The position numbers were made by a program, and so were the translations under genes. DNA of 64,000 bases from an uncultured virus (IMG/VR IMGVR_UViG_3300030118_004714) (taxonomy: Duplodnaviria; Heunggongvirae; Uroviricota; Caudoviricetes). The stretch lies in IMG/VR virus record IMGVR_UViG_3300030118_004714. One strand, given 5' to 3'. Position 1 is the first letter of the stretch. The number at the start of each line of letters is the position of its first letter. Below the pieces are notes generated by a model. It saw only the letters and a list, made by a program, of their open reading frames with translations. It was not told the DNA's origin and ran no database searches. Positions 47,868-57,240 of this stretch are shown here, piece by piece.

Positions 47868-48068
47868 TCATTCGGGGGGGTTGCACCCCAAGCACGATTT
47901 GAGTTCCCATTTGTGGTCAGTCAAAACGCAATTTCGTGTTGCTATCACTTGAACATAATTCACCCACTTGTGGGTTCCTCCACCATACTGCCCCCAACCA
48001 AGGAGGTTTGACATTTCACGAATTTTGTCCCATTGGTTTCTCATTTCTTCATCAGTCATTTCTGTCAT
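47868..48068 (-). CDS. Cassette 1 hypothetical protein
   Basis: GGTGA RBS; hairpin CCCCGAA-TCA-TTCGGGG at the 3' end. Confidence 0.55.
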   Translation of the reverse strand: MTEMTDEEMRNQWDKIREMSNLLGWGQYGGGTHKWVNYVQVIATRNCVLTDHKWELKSCLGCNPPE

Positions 48069-48423
48069 GTTTGTTCACCTGTGGATATGTTGAATCGGAG
48101 ACACACCTCGTTCTACCCTTTACTTATTTCAATCGCTTTACCGCTTTCCGTCGCAGTTTCCTTCGCACTTTTCCTAGGATTGTTGCGCCTTGTTTCCGCT
48201 TTCGTGTCGGGATTCTCGCCTATTTCTGTCGGTTGATGTGTTCTTTTCGTCAAGGAGGGATGCATTTCACTTGACTACACCAATGCGGGAGGAATTGTTC
48301 TGAAAATGGGGTATTACCAAAGTCTTACCATATGGTCATAACTTTGTGCCATTGACCATGAGCGACTCATCCCCCCATGGATTTTAGGGGGGTGAGTCCT
48401 CTTGGGCTTATTTTTGGGGAATA

Positions 48424-48756
48424 TCAACGGATAGCCTTCGGTGGGGCGTTTCCTGCCATTAACTGGTCATGGCTTGGGTATCGCCACGCATTCTCAATTG
48501 AGGCCAATTCACGCAGAGCATACTCACGAAAATCCAAAGCCCTCTCAAATAGGGCTTTGGGGTCGTCCAATTTCCATAGGTTGTCTTCATCAGATTCGGG
48601 GAGGTAATACTGAACGGCTTCCCTTGCCCCGGTGGTGATGTAATAACAGGCATCAAAATACATGTCAATCAAAAATTGATGGCGAGACTCAAAACAACTG
48701 AATTCTTGAACTTTACCGCCATGCCCGGTAATCTGCAAATACAAAAAACGACACAT
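48424..48756 (-). CDS. Cassette 2 hypothetical protein
   Basis: GGCTATTATG start context; downstream hairpin 48364-48399. Confidence 0.55.
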   Translation of the reverse strand: MCRFLYLQITGHGGKVQEFSCFESRHQFLIDMYFDACYYITTGAREAVQYYLPESDEDNLWKLDDPKALFERALDFREYALRELASIENAWRYPSHDQLMAGNAPPKAIR

Positions 48757-48923
48757 AATAGCCAATTAAGCCTAAATAATATCTTAAGGTATCTTCAAAG
48801 ACATTACCATATGGTAGTGCTTTGCACTGTGAAACGAAACCCTACTCAAAGTTAATCACTTAACAGGCTATTGTCGTGCGGGGCAACACAAACCGAAAAC
48901 CCCCTCTACTGGAGATGAAAAAC

Positions 48924-49451
48924 ATGAAACTGGAAAACTGGAAGCGAAACTCTGGCGTTGTCCGTCTATTTTTGGACACGCTGGAGGACGAAAACAAACA
49001 TAAGCAAATGTTGTTGGGAACCCTTGAATTGGGTGATGAGCAACAAACTGACGAAATGCGAACCGTGTATTGGACGGCTGTTCGGAATATGGGGAAGGGT
49101 GTTGAAAACTTCCCTTCTTTCTCTGGGCGACCTCAAGAATCCTACACGCCGGAACAAATCGCAAATCTGAACCTGATTGCCAATGTGGTGCGCTCTGCCT
49201 ATGCGTCAATCCCTACTGAAATGCGAGAGGTGCTTTTGAAAGTGGATATTCCCCACGGAAAGACTGGTGGCGAATATGCTGACTGGGACGCTCTAACGGA
49301 CGAAAAAATCCGTAAGGCCGAATCGGTTATGAAAACCGCCATCAAAGAGAAGCGTTGGGATGCTCTCGCCATGAACGGTGAAGTGCCACAAATTACCCCA
49401 CGGCCTGTTAAGGAAAAGGCCGTTTCTGCGGAGGTTTCCGAGGAAGAATGA
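48924..49451 (+). CDS. Cassette 3: paralog family P (copy 2)
   Basis: DEMRTVYWTAVRNMGKG, PHGKTGG; hairpin GGCCCCC-GAAA-GGGGGCC at 49479-49496. Confidence 0.75.
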   Translation: MKLENWKRNSGVVRLFLDTLEDENKHKQMLLGTLELGDEQQTDEMRTVYWTAVRNMGKGVENFPSFSGRPQESYTPEQIANLNLIANVVRSAYASIPTEMREVLLKVDIPHGKTGGEYADWDALTDEKIRKAESVMKTAIKEKRWDALAMNGEVPQITPRPVKEKAVSAEVSEEE

Positions 49452-49579
49452 ATCGGTTGAATTGTGTTGCCCCGTTCCGGCCCCCGAAAGGGGGCCATCG
49501 GGTAAAAGTGCAAAGCATTACCATATGGTTCAATACTTTGGAATTTGAACCTTGAGAATTAAAACAGTGCCTCACTTAC

Positions 49580-50096
49580 ATGCGTAAGCACCAAACTGCC
49601 GAAGAAAAATTGCTAATGGTTCGTGAACGACTCCATATTCTTGAAGACCTCAAATTGGCTAACATCATTGAGGACATCATCAATACTGGCTTTTCGGGTG
49701 CTATTTCTCTGCATAACGCTCTTGAGTCCATTCGTGTCCTTCTTCGGTCCATCAACATGCCAATCCACCGTGTTGGATTCGTCCCCCCTCTGCCTTCCGA
49801 TGTTCAAGCCCGAATCTACGAGGCTTCGGAGAGGGTGAGGGAGGCTTTCAGTGCTCTCTATGTGAACGAAAACTACCTTTTGCCGTTTATCGTCCGNNNN
49901 NNNNNNGAAGGACTTTGACGACGCACACCACGACCGATGGTGTCTTTTGGATGCTCTCGTAGGTGAACAGTGCGCCAAGGTTGAGCGAATGCTTGAGAAG
50001 GCATATCGTGAACGCCGATGGAACGGCAAAGTTCCCATTGAATACGCCCGAAGCCGACTCAACATCATGGAGGGCGACCACTTTTACGAAGAATGA
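49580..50096 (+). CDS. Cassette 4: divergent paralog family P (copy 3), spanning an N gap
   Basis: LPSDVQARI...VREAFSAL before the gap and LEKAYRERRWNG after it, in another frame; the gap length is presumably nominal. Confidence 0.55.
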
Positions 50097-50203
50097 AGTG
50101 GCCTTCGGGGGTTTATCCCCCATTGGGTAATCAAAGCCTCACCATATGGTAATGCAACTTTGAATATGCATTACCTCATAAATAGCCTGAATTAACGGCT
50201 ATT

Positions 50204-50416
50204 ATGAACGGATGGACTAACCGTGAAACTTGGCTTGTTGTTCTTCATTTCTCCGACCTCGTTAGCAACGGGTGGTCTTGGGATGGTGTCAAGGCGATGA
50301 TTGAAGAAGAATGGGACGCTATTTCAAAAACCGCTTTTTTCAGCGACTACCTCAACCTCGGTTTGATTAACTGGGATGAAATCAAGCGTTCAGGGTATGG
50401 AGATGATGAAGAATGA
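50204..50416 (+). CDS. Cassette 5 gene A (NGWTNRETW-type small virus protein)
   Basis: MNGWTNRETWLVVL...INWDEI; GGCTATTATG start context. Confidence 0.65.
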   Translation: MNGWTNRETWLVVLHFSDLVSNGWSWDGVKAMIEEEWDAISKTAFFSDYLNLGLINWDEIKRSGYGDDEE

Positions 50417-50655
50417 GCGAAGAATGGCCTATTCTCGTCCTTGACAAAACCGAAGACCCCGATGTTAGGCATTGGGAACCTGCGCTCGCTTGTCCTCGTT
50501 GTAGGTATGAAATGACCTATATAGGCAAATATCCCGACCTTTACGGCTCGCAGGGATTGATTGATGTTGATAAGTGGGTTTGTGTGATGTGCGGTCAAAT
50601 GCTGAAATTGCCTCACGGGGAGATTAAGCCTCTTTCACCACCCTCAAAGGCTTAA
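50413..50655 (+). CDS. Cassette 5 gene B, zinc ribbon
   Basis: CPRC...WVCVMCG; ATGA overlap. Confidence 0.6.
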   Translation: MSEEWPILVLDKTEDPDVRHWEPALACPRCRYEMTYIGKYPDLYGSQGLIDVDKWVCVMCGQMLKLPHGEIKPLSPPSKA

Positions 50656-50800
50656 AGCCGCCCTTCGGGGTTATAATCAAAGCAAACCATATGGTAGGAA
50701 TGCTTTGCATTCAAATAAAATGATACCCTAACCTCCTTTTTGGCAGAATACTTATGGTTTCGTGGGGAAACGAAGCAATCTGTTCAAGGAAGTGAACAAC

Positions 50801-51337
50801 ATGGCAGGAATGAAAGAAGAAAATTGGATTCGCAACACCAACCCAATTCGGGCATGGTTGAACGAAACCGAGGAAACACCGAAAACGCTCGTTATCAAAG
50901 GCACAATTGCCCTTGGTGATGAAGCAGAGAATGATGAAATGCGAGGCACATACTGGGTCGCTGTGAGGAATATGGGAAAAGGTTGCGACACCTTCCCACA
51001 ATCCAATATTGGCAAACCATCTACGCTCCCTCAAGAGGTACAAGACAATGTGCTTTCTGTGAGGAACCGTTTGGTTCGTGCATTTGCGGGAATTGGTGAG
51101 CAAGACCTCATTATGAAGGTAATGTTCCCACACGGTAAAACCGGAGGTGCATACCCATCCTTTGATGACTGGGTGAACGCTCAAGCCAAAAAGGGCGTTG
51201 ATGCTCTCGTTAAGGGCTACCGAGCAAAACCCGAACAACGCTGGAACGGCGAAATGGTGGATGATTTGCCCACCTTGACACCTCCACCACAAAAGGCCAA
51301 GAAAGCCGAAGCCGACGAGGTGAGCGAAGAAGAGTGA
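50801..51337 (+). CDS. Cassette 6: paralog family P (copy 4)
   Basis: DEMRGTYWVAVRNMGKG, PHGKTGG, ends EVSEEE like copy 2. Confidence 0.75.
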   Translation: MAGMKEENWIRNTNPIRAWLNETEETPKTLVIKGTIALGDEAENDEMRGTYWVAVRNMGKGCDTFPQSNIGKPSTLPQEVQDNVLSVRNRLVRAFAGIGEQDLIMKVMFPHGKTGGAYPSFDDWVNAQAKKGVDALVKGYRAKPEQRWNGEMVDDLPTLTPPPQKAKKAEADEVSEEE

Positions 51338-51452
51338 TTGCTCCGATTTCCCCCGAAGCCCCCACACGGGGTTTTCGCTACGCTGGCAAAGCCAAACCAT
51401 ATGGTGTTGCTTTGTTGCACCATGTTCTAAAATACTCAAAAGTCTGACTATT

Positions 51453-51815
51453 ATGTTCACACAAAAGAAGAAGCGACATTTGATTGACAATACCTGCGGC
51501 TGGATGCTTGACATTCAAAATCGTGTTGGTAAGGGTATTGCTTGGTCTTTGACCTCTCATCACCGCCAATTCATTGAATTGGTTGAAAATGACGATGGAA
51601 ACATTACCTTTGAGGAATGGAAGGAAGCCTCCAAAAGGCTCATGCAATTTCACGCCATGGCTCGTAATGACATTTATGACGGCCATACTTGGAGTGTAAA
51701 GATTGATGCCGAAGGCCATGAACAGGAAGAGTTTGAAACCGTTTCCCGTGAAGAAAAAGATGTCCGTTCTCTTCTCTACATCTATCACACCGAGTATGGC
51801 GATGAAGAAGAATGA
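51453..51815 (+). CDS. Cassette 7 hypothetical protein
   Basis: GACTATTATG start context; hairpin GGGGC-TTCG-GCCCC downstream. Confidence 0.65.
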   Translation: MFTQKKKRHLIDNTCGWMLDIQNRVGKGIAWSLTSHHRQFIELVENDDGNITFEEWKEASKRLMQFHAMARNDIYDGHTWSVKIDAEGHEQEEFETVSREEKDVRSLLYIYHTEYGDEEE

Positions 51816-52062
51816 AACCGTTGGGGCTTCGGCCCCTTCGGGGGTGTTCAAAGCACAACCATATGGCTTTGTATTCCAAATTTTTTTATTTGCATAACCA
51901 TTTAATATTATCGTTTTAATGTGTATTTTAGCCCAATAAACATATATTTTAAACATTTTAATGTTTTGCGCCCGTACTTATTAACAACTTTTGTTCTTAA
52001 TAATAACAGGATTTGTTTGCCGCCCTGCGACAAGTATATATGATGCATCCGTATAGGCTGGT

Positions 52063-52290
52063 TTGATAACGGTGTCCGACGAGGCCGAAATAGTAGAAAC
52101 CTTACAGGACATGAACAGTAGATTGGACACCATACTAAGAGAGATAAAGGCGAAGAAAAAGGCCAATAAACAGTTAGATTCACAGGACATTAACATTTTA
52201 AATAATATCTATAATGAGTTAATTAAAACGACAAATACAATTAAAGGTTATTTAAACAAAGATACTAAACAAACTAAATTAATTAAATGA
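52063..52290 (+). CDS. Possible small coiled-coil protein in AT-rich region
   Basis: ORF track only; weak start context. Confidence 0.35.
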   Translation: MITVSDEAEIVETLQDMNSRLDTILREIKAKKKANKQLDSQDINILNNIYNELIKTTNTIKGYLNKDTKQTKLIK

Positions 52291-52403
52291 TATAATTAAA
52301 TGAATAAACTTTTATCCTGTTAATAATAAATTAAAAACGCTAAATTTTTCGCAAGTGCCAAAAAAATTCCGAGCCATTTTTTGAGAAATTTTAAGGTGAT
52401 ATT

Positions 52404-52700
52404 ATGTGGCAAAACATATTAAAAGCAGAATCCGAAGCAGATATTAAAGAAGAAGTCATTGAGACTCTAAAGCAGGTGCATGAAGCGGCTCTTAATCAAT
52501 TTTACAAACAATATTCAGAAAGAGCAGAAAGAGGAGTTAGAATTACAGACAAAAATAAAAATATTCCCATGCCAAAATACATTACTGTTTTAGAAGAGGC
52601 TCTTATGAAACTCGGCTATAATTTGCCAAAAGAGAAAAGAGCAGGAACTCATAGATATGCCGATGTTAATGAGTTTAGGGAAATTAGACAGTATAGGTGA
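52404..52700 (+). CDS. WxxILK-family protein (MWQNILK)
   Basis: AGGTGATATT-ATG start; N-terminal motif. Confidence 0.7.
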   Translation: MWQNILKAESEADIKEEVIETLKQVHEAALNQFYKQYSERAERGVRITDKNKNIPMPKYITVLEEALMKLGYNLPKEKRAGTHRYADVNEFREIRQYR

Positions 52701-52744
52701 AAAAAAATTCCGCCAATTTTTTTTGAGAAACTTTAGGTGATATT

Positions 52745-53398
52745 ATGTGGAAAGACACAATCAGAAAGAAAGAAGAAGAAAAATTTTCAACTATGCCCAA
52801 AAACTTAATGTTTGAATGGGAATGGAGAAAAAAGACAAATCCAGACTTTGATTATGGCCCAGAGTTGGAGCAAAACTCATGGAGCCAAGATGTTAGCACT
52901 CTTTTCGTTGCTGGTAGGGCCAGACAATTAGATATTCAAAAAGGAATAAACGCACTAAAAGAAATGGACATTAAATGCTTTGTTGCTGACTTAATCAACG
53001 AAAATACTTCGGACGATTTCACGGGGCATTTGCATTTTGGTGTAGCGGTAAAGGCTACTTCAGGAGCAAAAGAAGTTATTCTCTACTTTGACACCGATAC
53101 TGAAGCATATTGGGTAGGCGGAGATTATCCTGAAATTGAAAACATTCATCTGCCTTTTGAATTAACCAATCCTAGGGCTTTTAGTGCCATAGTGATGAAC
53201 AGATTGGGGTTCAATGTCGGGGTTAAAGAGGATGATAGATACGACAAAGAAGCCGAAAAAGAACTTTATAGAAAACTTAGGGCAGAAGAAATCACTTATG
53301 ACCAGTTCGTTTATGGAATGCAGGATTTAGGCATCGCTATGGATAGAGGTTATTCTGATACTCAGCAAAGAGCCGCAGAACGAGGCTATTACTTTTGA
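52745..53398 (+). CDS. WxxILK-family protein (MWKDTIRK)
   Basis: Same RBS and start string. Confidence 0.7.
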   Translation: MWKDTIRKKEEEKFSTMPKNLMFEWEWRKKTNPDFDYGPELEQNSWSQDVSTLFVAGRARQLDIQKGINALKEMDIKCFVADLINENTSDDFTGHLHFGVAVKATSGAKEVILYFDTDTEAYWVGGDYPEIENIHLPFELTNPRAFSAIVMNRLGFNVGVKEDDRYDKEAEKELYRKLRAEEITYDQFVYGMQDLGIAMDRGYSDTQQRAAERGYYF

Positions 53399-53407
53399 GG
53401 CGATATT

Positions 53408-53797
53408 ATGTGGAAAGACATCCTAAAACAAGACAATAAACGATTTGATGATGAAAGAGAAGATTTAGAAATTAAATTAGAACAATTAGTTGAAGATTGG
53501 GGAAAAAGTCAAGATATTAGCGACTTTGAATACTTTGCTGATTATAACGGCCCGAATCTTGATGGAGTTGAAATTGATGTCACTTTTGAAGATATGTATG
53601 AAGGTGAAGAAGATTTATCCCAAGAAGAAAAATTAGAAGAAGATGTTGGTTATTACCGAATAGATTTCCGTAGCACAAAATATGAAGAATTTGCTATGGG
53701 TGATTATACTTACAATAATGGATTTGAGATGCACGAATTTACTCCTGAAAAATTAGACATTAACGAATTAAAGGAAGCCATAAGGGGATTATCATGA
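53408..53797 (+). CDS. WxxILK-family acidic protein (MWKDILK)
   Basis: Same start string. Confidence 0.7.
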   Translation: MWKDILKQDNKRFDDEREDLEIKLEQLVEDWGKSQDISDFEYFADYNGPNLDGVEIDVTFEDMYEGEEDLSQEEKLEEDVGYYRIDFRSTKYEEFAMGDYTYNNGFEMHEFTPEKLDINELKEAIRGLS

Positions 53798-54036
53798 CAT
53801 GGAAGGACAAACTCAAAAAATATGAAGGCCCAGAATCAGAAAGATACAGAACTCTTGGTTCAGCATATAATCCTGACCCTGATGAAGAAGATAGATATGA
53901 AGAAATGGTGGAAGATATTTGCATTAGATGTGGTAAGAAATTAAAGGAAAATGAAGGATTTACTGATACCCGACTTGGAAGACAATATGATAATATTTGC
54001 GATGCCTGTAAGAGAAAAAATCCGAATGACCCTTAA
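53794..54036 (+). CDS. WxxILK-family zinc-finger protein (MTWKDKLK)
   Basis: CIRC...CDAC. Confidence 0.65.
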   Translation: MTWKDKLKKYEGPESERYRTLGSAYNPDPDEEDRYEEMVEDICIRCGKKLKENEGFTDTRLGRQYDNICDACKRKNPNDP

Positions 54037-54045
54037 GGTGATATT

Positions 54046-54243
54046 ATGTGGAAAGATGAAATCAAGAAAAGAGAAATGGCTGAATTAATGTCTTTAATTA
54101 AACAAGCAATGGATATTGCAATTAAAGAGGGCGAATCTGCGATTGGTGCAGATTTGGCTAAAATACTTCGTGCAGTTAAGAGAAAGGACGAATCTTCTAG
54201 GCTCTATACTGGAAGAAGGGTTCAATTTGGAGATGACCATTGA
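54046..54243 (+). CDS. WxxILK-family protein (MWKDEIK)
   Basis: AGGTGATATTATGTGG start. Confidence 0.65.
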   Translation: MWKDEIKKREMAELMSLIKQAMDIAIKEGESAIGADLAKILRAVKRKDESSRLYTGRRVQFGDDH

Positions 54244-54506
54244 TGAGCGATTGGCGGGAACAACTCAAAAGAAATTATAATTTTAGCAAAACTATGATTT
54301 CAGACCTTTACGAGATTTTAAGATATAATCCTAATTTGCCACTTCAATCAATTGTAGATGCATTAGGAAAAAGAGGACATCGGAGAGCATCTAAAAAGAA
54401 TACTAGACAATATATGGAAAAAGACCCCAATATTAAATCAGTAATTGATACAAAAAGTTTTTCACATAGGCCAACTGTTTATTATTTAAAGGAGGAGAAA
54501 GCATGA
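54243..54506 (+). CDS. WxxILK-family wHTH-like protein (MSDWREQLK)
   Basis: LYEILRYNP.L.L..IV..L...V YYL pattern. Confidence 0.55.
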   Translation: MSDWREQLKRNYNFSKTMISDLYEILRYNPNLPLQSIVDALGKRGHRRASKKNTRQYMEKDPNIKSVIDTKSFSHRPTVYYLKEEKA

Positions 54507-54649
54507 ATTGGAAAAGAATACTGAAGACAGAAAAGAAACAATTTGAAAAGAAAGGCGGAAAGCCAGACTTTTTGGATTTGGATAAGGACGGGAATAAAAC
54601 CGAGCCTATGAAGGAAGCGGCAAAGGACGCTAAGAAAGGGAAGGAATGA
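54503..54649 (+). CDS. 48-aa WxxILK-family protein with EF-hand-like loop (not in ORF track)
   Basis: MNWKRILK...PDFLDLDKDGNKTEPMK; GGAGG RBS. Confidence 0.65.
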   Translation: MNWKRILKTEKKQFEKKGGKPDFLDLDKDGNKTEPMKEAAKDAKKGKE

Positions 54650-54758
54650 ACATGACCCGATGCCGCTACCTTGACCGTTGGTTTGATGAAGAGTCAAAGA
54701 AAGTTGATAAGGCAGAGGCCAAAACCAAGAAGTGTTTCGCTACTGGGGGGAAGAAGAA

Positions 54759-55520
54759 ATGAGTTGGTGGAGTATTCTTAAACAGATGGACTATAACAAA
54801 CTAAGTCCTGAGAAAAAGGAATTGATTAAGAGAGAAATGCTTAACGATGTTGGCTTTGATTTAGATATTGAAGATTTTACTTCCGATTTTCCTATCTATT
54901 CTACGAATATGTATTATTCGGATATTGATAAAGAATATCAAGTGGGATTTCCTGACTATTTTAGATTTGCCGCTATTGGTGATTTAGATATTAGAGATGA
55001 AACTCTTATGGGGCATATTGATTTCTTTATTGAGAACAGTAAAGACGAAGATGAATCATATTTTATTGGCTACATGGATGTTGATGAAGATTTAGATGAT
55101 GAAGCGATGGAATTTTTAGACAAATATGGTGAAGACTTAGATACCTTACGAGACTTGATGTTATTACCAGATTTCCAAGAAGAAACTCGTTTAATGTTTG
55201 TTTTTAGTAGAGAACCCGACTACAATAAATTAGTAGGATATTTGAAAGAGTCGGGCAAATGGGAAAGAGAAGATTTAGCGGAACGCATCGGTGAAGAAAC
55301 GGGAAATAAAAGAGGGATGCAAAATAGAGAAATTGTGGAAGCATTAGATGATTTCCAAACACAATATTATGAAAATGAATATGTTGACCCAGAAACTAAT
55401 CAAGAATTAGAAGCCCTTACTGTTGCTATAAGTAATGGGGACACTAAAAATTTAGAAAGAAGATTTCCAGAGGCTTATTTAATTTTTGGTGAAGCCGACC
55501 TTTTGGGTGATTTAGAGTGA
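54759..55520 (+). CDS. WxxILK-family acidic protein (MSWWSILK)
   Basis: ATG 54759; Asp/Glu-rich. Confidence 0.7.
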   Translation: MSWWSILKQMDYNKLSPEKKELIKREMLNDVGFDLDIEDFTSDFPIYSTNMYYSDIDKEYQVGFPDYFRFAAIGDLDIRDETLMGHIDFFIENSKDEDESYFIGYMDVDEDLDDEAMEFLDKYGEDLDTLRDLMLLPDFQEETRLMFVFSREPDYNKLVGYLKESGKWEREDLAERIGEETGNKRGMQNREIVEALDDFQTQYYENEYVDPETNQELEALTVAISNGDTKNLERRFPEAYLIFGEADLLGDLE

Positions 55521-55705
55521 ACTGGAAAGACATTCTCAAGTATTGCGAATATCATAGAAACCCGCCCGAACCAATTCCTGCAAAAGAAGAAGAAAAGATG
55601 GTTGGAGCAATCACAACAGCAACACCAAACATCACCCGTGTAGCATTTTCACAAAGGAGGAAGAAGCGTGGTAAAGAAGACGAAAAAGAATCAAAGAAAG
55701 ATTAA
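55517..55705 (+). CDS. WxxILK-family protein (MNWKDILK)
   Basis: GTG start after GGTGA. Confidence 0.6.
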   Translation: MNWKDILKYCEYHRNPPEPIPAKEEEKMVGAITTATPNITRVAFSQRRKKRGKEDEKESKKD

Positions 55706-57236
55706 TGGAAATACCTTTACACAGCAATTTGAAAACATTCAATTTGTTAAAGATTATAAAGCATGGAAAGATAATTGCGAGGGCGTTAGCGGAGAGGCCA
55801 TGGGTGTAGAAAATATTCCTACTCTTTGGGACTTTTTAGATAAACACATTATTGCACCGTTTGTTCGTGATGAATCAGTCAATTCGGGAAAAGACGATGG
55901 AAGTGAGGGTGCTTTAACTGTTCTTGATGGAATAGAAAGTATCATGGAAGGAGAGGTTATTGAAGACGGCGAGATTGATGACCTTCAAAAATTGTATGAT
56001 TATTTAAGAGAAATTGAAGATAACAAAGGGCCGGGCGATTTACAGTTAGACCCAAAAAGAATTTTCTTTACTGACAGAGTTTATGATGATGATGGCAAAG
56101 TTGTTGGAACCGAAGATGTTTTTGGGCATTATAAAACAAAAAATTATGTTAAAGGAAGAAAACTTAAAAATAAAGATTATGCAGGGGAGGCTGTTGATGA
56201 GGGGTGGTATTCGGGAACTGGGAACCCTCCAAGTTTTGCTTTGTTCGGGGGAAATGCTACATTTGCTAAACCAAAAGGTTTAGTACAGATTTTAGATGAT
56301 GCTTTGAAAGCCCTCAAGCCATCCAAAGGAAAACCTGCTAAAACACAAATTGATGTTGAAATTGTTAATTTATCAGGTAGAAACGCAATTAATAAATTAG
56401 CGGGTGTGGCTTCGGTAGAAAGATATTTTGACAAGGCAATTAACAATCAAATGTTTTGGGCAGAAAAAAGTGGAAAACTTTTGGTAAATAAATTATTAGC
56501 AGATGTTAAAACAAAACAGTTTGAAGTTTCCCCTAAAGAAGAGAATGCAGTAAAAGAGGCGGCGGGGGCAGGGGATAAAACCCCGGCTGGAAGAATTAAG
56601 ACTTTTAAAATAAATAGCACAGGAACACCCATTATTCGTTTTATTCAGGCCGCATTACAAAGAGCGAACAAAAAGAAGGCTCCCGATGGTTATAGGGCTT
56701 GGACATCGGGGAAGCAGTTTGATTATCGTAAAACCGCAAAAGAGGTCTTTGGTGAAGACACCGGAAGATATGCCCCTGATGCAAAAGTCATTTCAAAGAG
56801 TTGGGCAGAGATTCTTAAGCAGGGATTTACCGACCAAGAAATAGATGCCCTTCTTAATGGCATGGCTGACCACATGGAAATGATTACTGAAAAAATGTTC
56901 ATGGATGGGTATAAATCGGGATTTTATGATTTTGATAATTTTTGGGTTGATATTGAGGATAGAACTTTTTCTAGGGCAAAAGGCCCGGCTTTTAACTATA
57001 CATTTGCATATAGAAAACCTCCCGATTATGTTCCGTCCGGGGACACATTAATATTTGCAGAAGTTTTAATCGCTGGAACAGAAGATGGAAAGATAAATGA
57101 TGTTTTCTTTAACACAAGTGATTCTAAACAACAAATTAAAGATAGTTTTACTTTTATGCGATTACCAAACATTAGAAGTATAATGAGAAGATGGGCGAGA
57201 GAATTATCCGAATTCAAGAGAAAAATTATGGGGTGA
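55668..57236 (+). CDS. 522-aa hypothetical protein with internal SWAEILK motif
   Basis: GGAGG RBS; internal KSWAEILKQ precedes a distinct C-terminal segment. Confidence 0.7.
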   Translation: MVKKTKKNQRKINGNTFTQQFENIQFVKDYKAWKDNCEGVSGEAMGVENIPTLWDFLDKHIIAPFVRDESVNSGKDDGSEGALTVLDGIESIMEGEVIEDGEIDDLQKLYDYLREIEDNKGPGDLQLDPKRIFFTDRVYDDDGKVVGTEDVFGHYKTKNYVKGRKLKNKDYAGEAVDEGWYSGTGNPPSFALFGGNATFAKPKGLVQILDDALKALKPSKGKPAKTQIDVEIVNLSGRNAINKLAGVASVERYFDKAINNQMFWAEKSGKLLVNKLLADVKTKQFEVSPKEENAVKEAAGAGDKTPAGRIKTFKINSTGTPIIRFIQAALQRANKKKAPDGYRAWTSGKQFDYRKTAKEVFGEDTGRYAPDAKVISKSWAEILKQGFTDQEIDALLNGMADHMEMITEKMFMDGYKSGFYDFDNFWVDIEDRTFSRAKGPAFNYTFAYRKPPDYVPSGDTLIFAEVLIAGTEDGKINDVFFNTSDSKQQIKDSFTFMRLPNIRSIMRRWARELSEFKRKIMG

Positions 57237-57240
57237 TATT

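Larger units (their letters stand above)
47838..51871. repeat. Array of 8 palindromic repeats CAAAG-N3-5-ACCATATGG(T)-N0-7-CTTTG delimiting 7 gene cassettes
   Basis: Cores start at 47838, 48327, 48806, 49520, 50141, 50686, 51396, 51858. Confidence 0.9.

Noticed and set aside
48116..48266. Possible 50-codon minus-strand ORF in cassette 1
   Set aside because: No clear start context or motif; could be a non-coding leader.
49580..49918. Frameshifted pseudogene
   Set aside because: The frame break coincides with a 10-N gap of uncertain length.
47838..51871. CRISPR array, prompted by regular palindromic repeats and a Cas4-like gene
   Set aside because: Intervals are 460-715 bp and contain genes, repeats are degenerate, and no cas1/cas2 is present. 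The Cas4-like gene is a typical stand-alone viral nuclease beside PolB.
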